Positions 6,582 through 15,006 of a stretch of DNA of 36,582 nt are shown one piece after another. Below the pieces are notes generated by a model. The model was not told where the DNA came from. It was given only the letters and a program-made list of their open reading frames with translations, and did not search any database. The stretch comes from Pseudomonadota bacterium. Its GTDB lineage: Bacteria > Pseudomonadota > Gammaproteobacteria > Burkholderiales > JALYOK01. The translations under genes and the position numbers were made by a program. The number at the start of each line of letters is the position of its first letter. The stretch's first letter is position 1. The stretch covers positions 1 to 36,582 of the forward strand of contig JANOGO010000279.1 in assembly GCA_031406045.1 (NCBI GenBank). Reading direction: 5' to 3'.

Positions 6582-9044
6582 TTATTCGTTGCTACGTGAG
6601 CGGGTGCGTTTCGCCTCAACACGCTGAGGTTCGTCCGACCACTTAACCAGCGCTATAAACAACATCAAATAGAACAACACGGCGACGCGGGGAAATTCGA
6701 ACAGACTATTAAACGTGCCGACTGTAACGAAGCCAGCGAGCGATACCAGCATTGCAAGGGCGATGAGTTGTCCGCGGCTGACTAGCATCAATAAGCGGCA
6801 CGCTGCATAAATAATCAGGGTGACCAGCAAAATTAATCCAAGCCAGCCTTGCTCAAAAAAAGTATGTACCCAAATACTTTCGATATGCCACGGCCAGAAA
6901 TTACTCACAGAAAATAACCAGTGGTCGCCGCCTTGGCTGAATTCGCCGTTTTTCAGCAAATTATTGCCGCTGACATCGGTCAAGCGAACATTATCGATAT
7001 CGATATGGGTTCCGCCGATCGGGTTGACCAGCCAGGCCTGTACCGGTTTTTTGCCGAAGCGATGCCATGCTCCCAAATTACGGCTTTGGAACGGTATTTC
7101 CAAGCGTTGCCATGAACCGTCATTCTTTTGCAGTGGCAAAATTTTGGTTTCGCAATTTTCCGAGTACAACAACAACGATTCGCATAGGCCGGCTTGCACC
7201 CGCGCCTTCGAAAAAGTCGTGCGCACATCGAATGAAAACATCAGACTGCGATATGGCTCGGGGTTGATGCGCTGTGCGTAATATAGCGTCACGCCGCCGA
7301 GACTATCGTGGGTACCGCCGACGCGAAGGAAGGTATTGCCCGGTTCGTCCATCAGGGTAAATGTTCCAGGGGGCGTGGTGCGGGGGCTGCGCCAGAAAAA
7401 TAAACTAGGAAAGCGGCCGACGCCCATGCCAAAAAATTGTGTGACGAGGGTGCTATCCATCATGTTCAGCGTATCTTGCCAATGCACCATACGGTCGCGA
7501 ACCGCACCGGAGCGATCGGAAAACCGCGCGCTGACAAAATAAGAATTGCCGGCAATGGGCACGCTCATGAAAAATATCAGGCTGACGAACGCGAGCATCG
7601 AGGCGTGCGGAACATTGGGCCGCCACAACGGCCGTTTCACCATTCGATTCAGGCTTACCAGCACCAGCACGAACACCACGGCGCTCAACGCTGCCCACAT
7701 CGCTGGCATCCCGCCCCAGTGCTTGCCGACGAATGGCGTCACTACGGCGGTTGCAAGAAATCCCGACCACGCCATACGATGTTTCGACGCGCGGGGTTTC
7801 AGGACGGTCAGCGCGACACCGATAAAACCGATCAAAAAAGTAATCGCATAGGCGATATACACGCCTTTTGCGAAGAACTGAATCAACACGAAGCTCGCGA
7901 TAATTAACGCAATCGCGAGCGCAATTCCAACCGCACCACCACCGCGAACCTCAGCTTTACGTCCCAAGAAAAAGCTTAACGCCATAAATCCCAATATTGC
8001 CGCGAGCGAGCGATAACCGCCGGATGCAAAAACGGCAAAGCACAGCACGCTCATCAGAATAACCGTTACGACCACCAGTAAGGCGCGTCTCGTGCTGAAA
8101 ACGCCGGTCGCTTTCTGCCGAACCATTGCGCCGAAGGCCAACATGAAGATCATCACGATGCAGGCGACATAGAGGCCGCGTGAGAAAGTCACCATGATGG
8201 TGTAGCTGCCCAACGCTAACAGCGCCGCCGCCGCGAACACTTTTATCAGCGGCCGCTGTTCGCTTAACCAAAGCAACGTGAACGGCAACGCCAGCGCCAG
8301 ATAACCGTCAATCGCGCCGCCGCCGACATGCATGGACCCAAAGGTCGATGTGACGCGATAATTTTCGGAAAAATTCGTCAGGCCGGGGAAGGCGATACGT
8401 TCCCAAATAGCAACACACACCACGCCGGCCAGACCCGCCAATATGCCGGGAACCCAATAATTCGACAGCGCTTTGGCGTTGCTCCCTAGATCGGCTCGCA
8501 CAAGGAATAAAAATGCGATCGCCCACGCCAAGCTCTTGCCGACGCGAAATCCGTTGTACCGGCTGTAGTAGTTGGCGAAGGCATTGCTATCTATTGGCTC
8601 TAGGGGCGCTACGCCAATCACAGTGCTGATAATGAAAACGACAACAAAGGTGGAAATGAGAAACGCCGCCGCCGGCGCCAGCCGTGCCGGCCGGCCGCCA
8701 CCGCTGCGCAGCGATCCGATTGCGACGGTGACGAGGAAAAAAAGATCGACCTCGTCGAAAAAAAAACGACCCGACCACGGCGCTAAATTCAGAGCGGGCG
8801 CAAGCGCCGGAACAAAAAACAGCCACAGTCGCGGTTCTCGCCAGAGGATCGCGGCGTAACCGATCAAGGCGACAACGAGTAAGAGCGGAAAGATTGGAAA
8901 GCGATACGCACCATAAGCCGCGACGGCGATCAACGCCGCCGCGAGCGGCGCGGCCCAGATCAGGCGGGAAAACTTAACGGGTTGGTGAGCGATACCGTTT
9001 TCGACCGGCGGCATAGCTCGATTTCCCAGTGAAAATTTACGCAA
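6582..9044 (-). CDS. Large polytopic Wzy/O-antigen-ligase-like membrane protein with an embedded soluble beta-rich domain
   Basis: The 820-aa ORF has many hydrophobic helices and a Wzy_C-like stretch (IMVTFSRGLYVACIVMIF). A hydrophilic segment of about 230 aa (roughly nt 6810-7502) contains IDIDNVRLTDVSGNNLLKNGEFSQGGDHW, which looks like a carbohydrate-binding module, ahead of the last helices. The track start at 9044 is TTG; an ATG at 9014 is an alternative. Confidence 0.7.
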   Translation of the reverse strand: MRKFSLGNRAMPPVENGIAHQPVKFSRLIWAAPLAAALIAVAAYGAYRFPIFPLLLVVALIGYAAILWREPRLWLFFVPALAPALNLAPWSGRFFFDEVDLFFLVTVAIGSLRSGGGRPARLAPAAAFLISTFVVVFIISTVIGVAPLEPIDSNAFANYYSRYNGFRVGKSLAWAIAFLFLVRADLGSNAKALSNYWVPGILAGLAGVVCVAIWERIAFPGLTNFSENYRVTSTFGSMHVGGGAIDGYLALALPFTLLWLSEQRPLIKVFAAAALLALGSYTIMVTFSRGLYVACIVMIFMLAFGAMVRQKATGVFSTRRALLVVVTVILMSVLCFAVFASGGYRSLAAILGFMALSFFLGRKAEVRGGGAVGIALAIALIIASFVLIQFFAKGVYIAYAITFLIGFIGVALTVLKPRASKHRMAWSGFLATAVVTPFVGKHWGGMPAMWAALSAVVFVLVLVSLNRMVKRPLWRPNVPHASMLAFVSLIFFMSVPIAGNSYFVSARFSDRSGAVRDRMVHWQDTLNMMDSTLVTQFFGMGVGRFPSLFFWRSPRTTPPGTFTLMDEPGNTFLRVGGTHDSLGGVTLYYAQRINPEPYRSLMFSFDVRTTFSKARVQAGLCESLLLYSENCETKILPLQKNDGSWQRLEIPFQSRNLGAWHRFGKKPVQAWLVNPIGGTHIDIDNVRLTDVSGNNLLKNGEFSQGGDHWLFSVSNFWPWHIESIWVHTFFEQGWLGLILLVTLIIYAACRLLMLVSRGQLIALAMLVSLAGFVTVGTFNSLFEFPRVAVLFYLMLFIALVKWSDEPQRVEAKRTRSRSNE

Positions 9045-9065
9045 CCACCTGCAAATGCATTGTTT

Positions 9066-9734
9066 TTAGCTCTGCCATTTACCGGCTTTAACCAGCATGT
9101 CTTTTAGACCGGACAACGGGAATCCGCCCGCGTAGGCTTTTCGCGCGTAATCGCGAGATTTCTCGTAGTCTTTTAAATTGAAATAAAGCAAACCCATGTT
9201 GTAAAACAAATTCGAATTGTTCTTCAATTTCTGCTCGGCCAATTCATAGTGTGGAATCGCTTCTTTGAAGCGCTTCACCCGTGTGCTGGATAGGTAATTC
9301 GCGTAAATCATTCGCACCATCCCGTCCGCGGGACGCCAACGTATCGCGCGATCAAACCAGCAGTCCACGCTGTATTTAGAACCGGCTGGTTTTGGTGTAT
9401 TTTCTCGCCACGAAAGGCGCACGATAGCGTTCAATGCGCGATGATGGTTTGGAAACGCGTGTAAAACGTAGGTGATGTCCCCCGTCGGGCGCGGCGTTTC
9501 TTCCTTGAAACCGCCGACAAGATTTTCAACTCGTCCGTTGAAATGGTGCAAATTGACGACCGGCAGTTTGTTGCGGTAGTCGGACGGATCGGTATAGTCA
9601 TAGGGACCATACCCGCCATCTCTACGCTCGATCGGCCCACACGCGTCGTACTCGGCAAGCGCGGTGAGGGGAACGGAAAAAATCAATATGCCAATGATAT
9701 TTTGAAGGTATTTCAACATAGGTTCATCACTCAT
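9066..9734 (-). CDS. Secreted protein of unknown function with C-terminal TPR-like repeats
   Basis: The 222-aa ORF has the signal peptide MLKYLQNIIGILIFSVPLTALA/EY. Its C-terminus has TPR-like helices (NLFYNMGLLYFNLKDYEKSRDYARKAY). It lies 21 nt upstream of the ligase-like gene on the same strand. Confidence 0.6.
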   Translation of the reverse strand: MSDEPMLKYLQNIIGILIFSVPLTALAEYDACGPIERRDGGYGPYDYTDPSDYRNKLPVVNLHHFNGRVENLVGGFKEETPRPTGDITYVLHAFPNHHRALNAIVRLSWRENTPKPAGSKYSVDCWFDRAIRWRPADGMVRMIYANYLSSTRVKRFKEAIPHYELAEQKLKNNSNLFYNMGLLYFNLKDYEKSRDYARKAYAGGFPLSGLKDMLVKAGKWQS

Positions 9735-10017
9735 TCACGGTTAAGGCCAGGAGCAAAAATTGTTCCAAAGCTATAAAAATTCCAACGTCGAAACGAAGAC
9801 GTAAGTCATAGTTGTAAAGTTCAGGAACGCGAATCAGATCGTTAGGGAGAGGAGCCCATTAACTTCTTAGCTTGGGATACTTAACGTTGTAGCTCAATTT
9901 TTTCATGATGTCATTTTACCCTGTGGTGTTCGTTAAGCCCATCCCCTTGATTCCCGAACTAAAGGCATGAATTATCGGGCCTATCTGGATTAATCGGAAG
10001 ATCATGCTATCGTAACG

Positions 10018-10029
10018 ATGTCTAGACAT
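10018..10029. promoter_or_regulatory. Perfect 12-bp palindrome; candidate operator in a divergent promoter region
   Basis: ATGTCTAGACAT is its own reverse complement. It lies in the 488-bp AT-richer gap between divergent genes. A 5-1-5 palindrome ATCGTAACGAT sits immediately upstream (about 10008-10018). Confidence 0.25.
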
Positions 10030-10222
10030 TAGATTTTGATTGAAGTTGCGCTGCATCCGCCGCGAGCTGGACCTTCTGAGGTCAGGACGCGATTGCGAAA
10101 GACAGTCGCCCGCCGCGCGTTTCGTTTATACCGCCGTAGGGTATCATTCGCGGCAAAGCGCAACGCCGTTTTTACGCGAGCACCAACCCTAAGCTTTTTT
10201 TCCCTTAACTAATTTCACGTTT

Positions 10223-11818
10223 ATGGGTGAATTAATTCACGATTTAATTGCTGCTTCGGCTCGGCGCGCGCCGAATAGAGCGGCTTTAGTTTATCAAAAA
10301 CAATCTGTTACATTTACGGGGCTGGATAGTGCCGTCAGCGCGGCAGCGCAGCTTTTCCTGGGCCATGGGTTAAAAAAATCTGAGCGGGTTGCGACGTTTA
10401 TTGAGAAGCGGGTTGAGAATATCGTCGGTATGTTTGGCGCCGCCCGAGCCGGCGGCGTGTTCGTGCCGATCAATCCGCTGCTCAAGGGCGAACAAGTCGT
10501 TTACATCATGAATGACTGCAACGTTCGGGTGCTCGTGACCTCGTTGGATCGCCTAAAGTTGTTAGCGCCATACGTTAAAAACTGTCCCGATTTGCGAGCG
10601 GTAATCGTCGTAGATCGCGGCAGTAACGTCATGCCTGAATTCGCCAACTTAACCGTAATTGAATGGGAAAATGGATTGGCCACAGCGCCAAGCCAGCAAT
10701 GCCATCGCGTAATCGACGGCGACATGGCGGCGATTCTGTACACATCCGGTAGCACCGGCAAGCCCAAAGGCGTCGTTTTATCACACCGGAATATCGTTGC
10801 CGGTGCGAAAAGCGTTGCGCAATACTTAGAGTTGACGTCCGACGATCGCATTTTGTCGGTATTGCCGCTGTCGTTCGATTACGGATTCAATCAGCTCACG
10901 ACGGCGTTTTTGGTCGGCGCAACGGCGGTCTTGATGAACTATTTATTCCCTCGCGACGTGATCAAAGCGGTTGCGGAGGAAAAAATAACTGGGCTCGCCG
11001 CCGTTCCGCCGCTGTGGGTGCAGCTTGCGCAGTTGCCGTGGCCGCAAGCCGTTGTCGACCATCTGCGCTACATCACCAATTCCGGCGGGCATATGCCCGA
11101 GCCTACGCTTAAGGCGTTGCGCCAAGCATTACCGAAAACTACACCTTTCCTGATGTATGGCCTGACCGAGGCATTCCGCTCGACTTACCTGCCGCCCGAT
11201 CAAGTCGAAAAACGGCCTGATTCGATCGGCAAAGCCATTCCCAACGCAGAAATTTTAGTGGTGCGCGAAGACGGTACGGAATGCGCCGCGGACGAGCCGG
11301 GCGAATTAGTGCATCGCGGCGTTCATGTTTCCCTCGGCTACTGGAATGATGTTGAAAAAACCGCCGAGCGCTTTAAGCCAGCGCCCGGCCAACTCAGCGG
11401 GTTGGTGATGCCGGAAATGGCCGTTTGGTCCGGCGACACGGTTAAACGTGATAGCGAAGGTTTTTTATATTTCATCAGCCGCCGCGACGAAATGATCAAA
11501 ACCTCGGGATATCGCGTCAGCCCAACGGAAGTGGAGGAGGTGATTTACGCAACGGGATTGGTCAGCGAGGTAGCGGCGTTCGGCGTTGCCCATCCCACGC
11601 TTGGTCAAGCAATTGTCGTGGTTGTGATGCCTAAACTATCCCAGCAAATGTCGCCGGAGGCGCTGCTCGCAGCGGCCAAATCGGAATTACCGGCCTTCAT
11701 GGTGCCGCATAAAATCATTGTCAGCACGGAAAGTTTACCGCGTAATCCGAATGGGAAAATCGATCGAAAAGCCTTAGCCCAAGGCGCACAAGATCTTTAT
11801 GAAGCTGCCAAGGCATGA
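10223..11818 (+). CDS. Acyl-CoA ligase (AMP-forming), exosortase A system-associated type
   Basis: The 531-aa ORF has the adenylate-forming motifs ILYTSGSTGKPKGVVLSHRN, GYRVSPTEVEE and PRNPNGKIDRKAL. It is adjacent to its usual PLP decarboxylase partner. Confidence 0.88.
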   Translation: MGELIHDLIAASARRAPNRAALVYQKQSVTFTGLDSAVSAAAQLFLGHGLKKSERVATFIEKRVENIVGMFGAARAGGVFVPINPLLKGEQVVYIMNDCNVRVLVTSLDRLKLLAPYVKNCPDLRAVIVVDRGSNVMPEFANLTVIEWENGLATAPSQQCHRVIDGDMAAILYTSGSTGKPKGVVLSHRNIVAGAKSVAQYLELTSDDRILSVLPLSFDYGFNQLTTAFLVGATAVLMNYLFPRDVIKAVAEEKITGLAAVPPLWVQLAQLPWPQAVVDHLRYITNSGGHMPEPTLKALRQALPKTTPFLMYGLTEAFRSTYLPPDQVEKRPDSIGKAIPNAEILVVREDGTECAADEPGELVHRGVHVSLGYWNDVEKTAERFKPAPGQLSGLVMPEMAVWSGDTVKRDSEGFLYFISRRDEMIKTSGYRVSPTEVEEVIYATGLVSEVAAFGVAHPTLGQAIVVVVMPKLSQQMSPEALLAAAKSELPAFMVPHKIIVSTESLPRNPNGKIDRKALAQGAQDLYEAAKA

Positions 11819-13050
11819 GCACAAATAAGCCAAGCCACGCGCCACGCAATCATTGGCGCAGCGAAAACGGCTGCTTGCAAGTCAATGGCGTTGCACTGAC
11901 GCGCCTGGCGGCGCGTGTCGGGCAAACGCCGTTTTTCGCCTACGATCGCGAGCTATTGCGCGAGCGAGTAGCGCTATTACGTCAGCACATTCCAGCCGAT
12001 ATTCATTTGCATTACGCAATGAAAGCGAACCCGATGCCGGCCGTGGTGCAATTCATGGCGCGTTTGGTAGACGGTTTGGATGTTGCCTCCGGGAATGAAC
12101 TACGCGTTGCGTTAGATTCCGGCATGAATCCGGAACTGATCAGCTTTGCCGGTCCGGGCAAAAGTGAGCGCGAGTTGACGTCGGCAATTGCGGCGGGCAT
12201 TACGATTAATTTGGAATCGCCCCACGAGATGGAAACCGCAGCGAAGTTGGGCGTGGCGCTGAATATTCGTCCGCGCGTGGCGGTGCGTGTGAATCCTGAT
12301 TACGAGCTCAAATCGTCCGGTATGAAAATGGGCGGCGGACCCAAGCAATTCGGTATCGATGCCGAGATGGTTCCCGAAACCCTCACGCGGATGAAATCCT
12401 TACCGATCGATTTTCAGGGATTTCATATCTATAGCGGATCGCAAAATCTGCGCGCTGAATCGATTCAAGAAGCGCAGGAAAAAACTTTAGAGCTAGCGTA
12501 TCGACTATCCGAGTACGCGCCGACGGCCGTGCGCCTGCTGAATATCGGCGGCGGCTTCGGCATTCCGTATTTTCCCGGCGAAACGCCGCTGGATATCGCT
12601 GCGGTGGGTGACAATTTGCGTCGATTAATGCCCGAGGCTAAGCGTCGTTTCCCGCACGCTCAATTGGTGATCGAATTGGGTCGTTATCTAGTGGGCGAAG
12701 CGGGAATTTACGTGTGCAAAATTATAGATCGCAAGATTTCCCGTGGTCATGTTTTTCTCGTGACCGACGGCGGCTTGCATCATCAGCTTGCGGCTTCCGG
12801 AAACTTCGGTCAGGTGATACGAAAAAATTATCCGGTCGCGATCGGCAATCGCATGAACGAAACACCGTCAGAAACCGCCTCGGTGGTGGGGCCGCTTTGC
12901 ACTCCGCTTGATTTGCTCGGCGACAAGATGGAATTTCCGCATGCGGAAATCGGCGATTTGGCCGTCGTGTTTCAGTCGGGTGCGTATGGGCTGACCGCCA
13001 GCCCGACGGCGTTTTTAAGTCATCCGGCACCGCTCGAAGTATTAGTCTAA
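11815..13050 (+). CDS. Pyridoxal-dependent decarboxylase (Orn/DAP/Arg decarboxylase fold type III), exosortase A system-associated type
   Basis: The 411-aa ORF has the PLP-lysine motif HYAMKANP, plus GGGFGIPY, ELGRYLVGEAG, GPLCTPLD and SGAYG. Its start overlaps the ligase stop as ATGA. Confidence 0.88.
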   Translation: MSTNKPSHAPRNHWRSENGCLQVNGVALTRLAARVGQTPFFAYDRELLRERVALLRQHIPADIHLHYAMKANPMPAVVQFMARLVDGLDVASGNELRVALDSGMNPELISFAGPGKSERELTSAIAAGITINLESPHEMETAAKLGVALNIRPRVAVRVNPDYELKSSGMKMGGGPKQFGIDAEMVPETLTRMKSLPIDFQGFHIYSGSQNLRAESIQEAQEKTLELAYRLSEYAPTAVRLLNIGGGFGIPYFPGETPLDIAAVGDNLRRLMPEAKRRFPHAQLVIELGRYLVGEAGIYVCKIIDRKISRGHVFLVTDGGLHHQLAASGNFGQVIRKNYPVAIGNRMNETPSETASVVGPLCTPLDLLGDKMEFPHAEIGDLAVVFQSGAYGLTASPTAFLSHPAPLEVLV

Positions 13051-13077
13051 ATAACGCATATATGCAGGGAGAACGGC

Positions 13078-14916
13078 TTGGCCGGAATTTGTGGTTGGCT
13101 CAATAACACGGCGAGTGCATCGCCACCGAATTTGGAGTTGATGGCAAACGCGTTAGTGCGATTCGATGGTGCTCGCCCGCAATCGTTGTCCGAACCATGG
13201 TGCGGTCTGACGGCCGCTGATTTGGGCGCCGCTCAATTTCTGATTGAAGAAGGCCATTTGCTGATCGGTTTTTCCGGCGCGCCAAATTTCGCGAATCGCG
13301 AACTGAACGACCTCGCCGCTGCGCGTGGCCGCGGCACGGCGTTGGCCGAGGCCTATCGGCGCTGGAAAGACGATCTGGCTATTCACCTGTTGGGCCAATA
13401 TTCGGTCGCGATCATCGACCAAAACGAGCAATCGCTTTATCTTGCAGTCGATCGTTTTGTGACCCATCCATTGGCCTACGCGTTGGAATCGAGCGGTATC
13501 CGTTTTGCGTCTAACCTTGATTCGTTGAACATCGAGCAAGGTTTGCAACTGAGTCCGCAATCGATTTTCAACTACGTTTATTTTCACGTTATTCCCGGGC
13601 CGGGAACGATTTACCGCGACGTCAAGCGCTTGCTAGCAGGCGAATCTTTGAGTTTCAAAAACGGTCAAGCCGAACCGCGGCGCTATTGGCGGCCGGAGTT
13701 TATTGAAAATCAACATTCATCGTTCGACGAACTTAAACAGGATTTTCTCGGCGCTTTACGCGCTGCGGTAAAGAGCACATCGGACGGTCACAATTGCGGC
13801 GCGTTCTTAAGCGGCGGCACCGATAGCTCGACCATCGCCGGCTTGCTCGGCGAGGTCTCCGGCGCTTCGGCGCGAACCTATTCGATCGGATTTGAAGCGA
13901 CGGGCTACGACGAAATGGATTACGCTCGTCTGGCTGCAAAGCATTTTAAAACGGACCATCACGAATATTATGTAACGCCCGCCGACGTGGCGGAAGCGAT
14001 ACCGAAAATTGCGCAGGTTTACGATCAACCATTCGGTAATTCCTCGGCCGTCCCGACGTATTTTTGCGCGCGCTTCGCCAAACAAGACGGCATTGATTTG
14101 CTGCTAGGTGGCGACGGTGGCGACGAACTTTATGGCGGTAATGAGCGCTATGCGAAGCAGCATGTTTTTGCGCACTATGCGCGGGTCCCAGGCGTGATCC
14201 GTTCGGTGTTGATCGAGCCGTTAATGGCAATGCCTGGCGTCGACAGTATCATGCCGTTACGCAAGGCCAAGAGCTATCTGCAGCAGGCAAAAATATCGAT
14301 GCCGGCACGGATGGAAACCTATAACTTACTCGATCGCTTTGGTGTCAGCAAAGTCCTTGCGCCGGAATTTCTCGCAACCGTTCAAACCGATGCGCCGCTG
14401 CGGCATTTAACCGATGTTTATAACGACGCTCACGCGCGTACTTTAATCAATCGCATGTTGGCGCTTGATTTCAAATTGACGCTGAGCGACAACGATTTGC
14501 CGAAGGTTTCGCGGATGTGCGAATTGGCGCAAGTGAATGTCGCCTATCCGATGTTGGACGATGGCGTACTAGATTTTTCATTGCGGCTCGCGCCCGGCTT
14601 GAAATTGAAGGGTACTAAGCTGCGTTATTTTTTCAAAGAAGCGCTGCGCGGATTTTTGCCGGATGCGATTCTTACGAAGTCGAAACACGGCTTTGGATTG
14701 CCGTTCGGCCCTTGGCTTCGCGATCACGCGCCGTTACAGCAAATTGCCTATGGCAGTCTTGAACAACTCGGCGATCGTGGCATTATTCGCAAGGAATTTA
14801 CCCGCGAACTGATCGACGTCGTGCGCTCGGGGCATGCCGGTTACTATGGAACAATGGTATGGGTGCTAATGATGTTGGAGCTTTGGCTCTCCCATCACCA
14901 GCCGGCAAAAGGTTAA
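13078..14916 (+). CDS. Asparagine synthetase (AsnB)-like amidotransferase with a non-canonical N-terminus
   Basis: The 612-aa ORF has the PP-loop AFLSGGTDSSTIAGLL and a GATase-II-like N-domain. It uses a TTG start with an AGGGAGA Shine-Dalgarno 5 nt upstream. The N-terminus is MAGICGW, so Cys is residue 5 and not residue 2. Confidence 0.85.
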   Translation: MAGICGWLNNTASASPPNLELMANALVRFDGARPQSLSEPWCGLTAADLGAAQFLIEEGHLLIGFSGAPNFANRELNDLAAARGRGTALAEAYRRWKDDLAIHLLGQYSVAIIDQNEQSLYLAVDRFVTHPLAYALESSGIRFASNLDSLNIEQGLQLSPQSIFNYVYFHVIPGPGTIYRDVKRLLAGESLSFKNGQAEPRRYWRPEFIENQHSSFDELKQDFLGALRAAVKSTSDGHNCGAFLSGGTDSSTIAGLLGEVSGASARTYSIGFEATGYDEMDYARLAAKHFKTDHHEYYVTPADVAEAIPKIAQVYDQPFGNSSAVPTYFCARFAKQDGIDLLLGGDGGDELYGGNERYAKQHVFAHYARVPGVIRSVLIEPLMAMPGVDSIMPLRKAKSYLQQAKISMPARMETYNLLDRFGVSKVLAPEFLATVQTDAPLRHLTDVYNDAHARTLINRMLALDFKLTLSDNDLPKVSRMCELAQVNVAYPMLDDGVLDFSLRLAPGLKLKGTKLRYFFKEALRGFLPDAILTKSKHGFGLPFGPWLRDHAPLQQIAYGSLEQLGDRGIIRKEFTRELIDVVRSGHAGYYGTMVWVLMMLELWLSHHQPAKG

Positions 14917-15006
14917 TATTTAAAGCGATGCTTGGTGAGCCGCATGGCTATTGGTTTACAGGGCATGCATCGTCGAACGCCGCTCTAGTACTACCTCTCA
15001 GGGCTG

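Noticed and set aside
9859-9906. 15-codon minus-strand ORF (MKKLSYNVKYPKLRS) in the long intergenic region
   Set aside because: It is too short, has a poor Shine-Dalgarno, and shows no PEP-CTERM or leader-peptide features.
14917-15006. Convergent gap between the AsnB-like gene and the deacetylase gene, inspected for a bidirectional terminator
   Set aside because: I could see no stable GC-rich hairpin or T-tract by eye. Termination here, if any, is not intrinsic or needs computational folding to detect.
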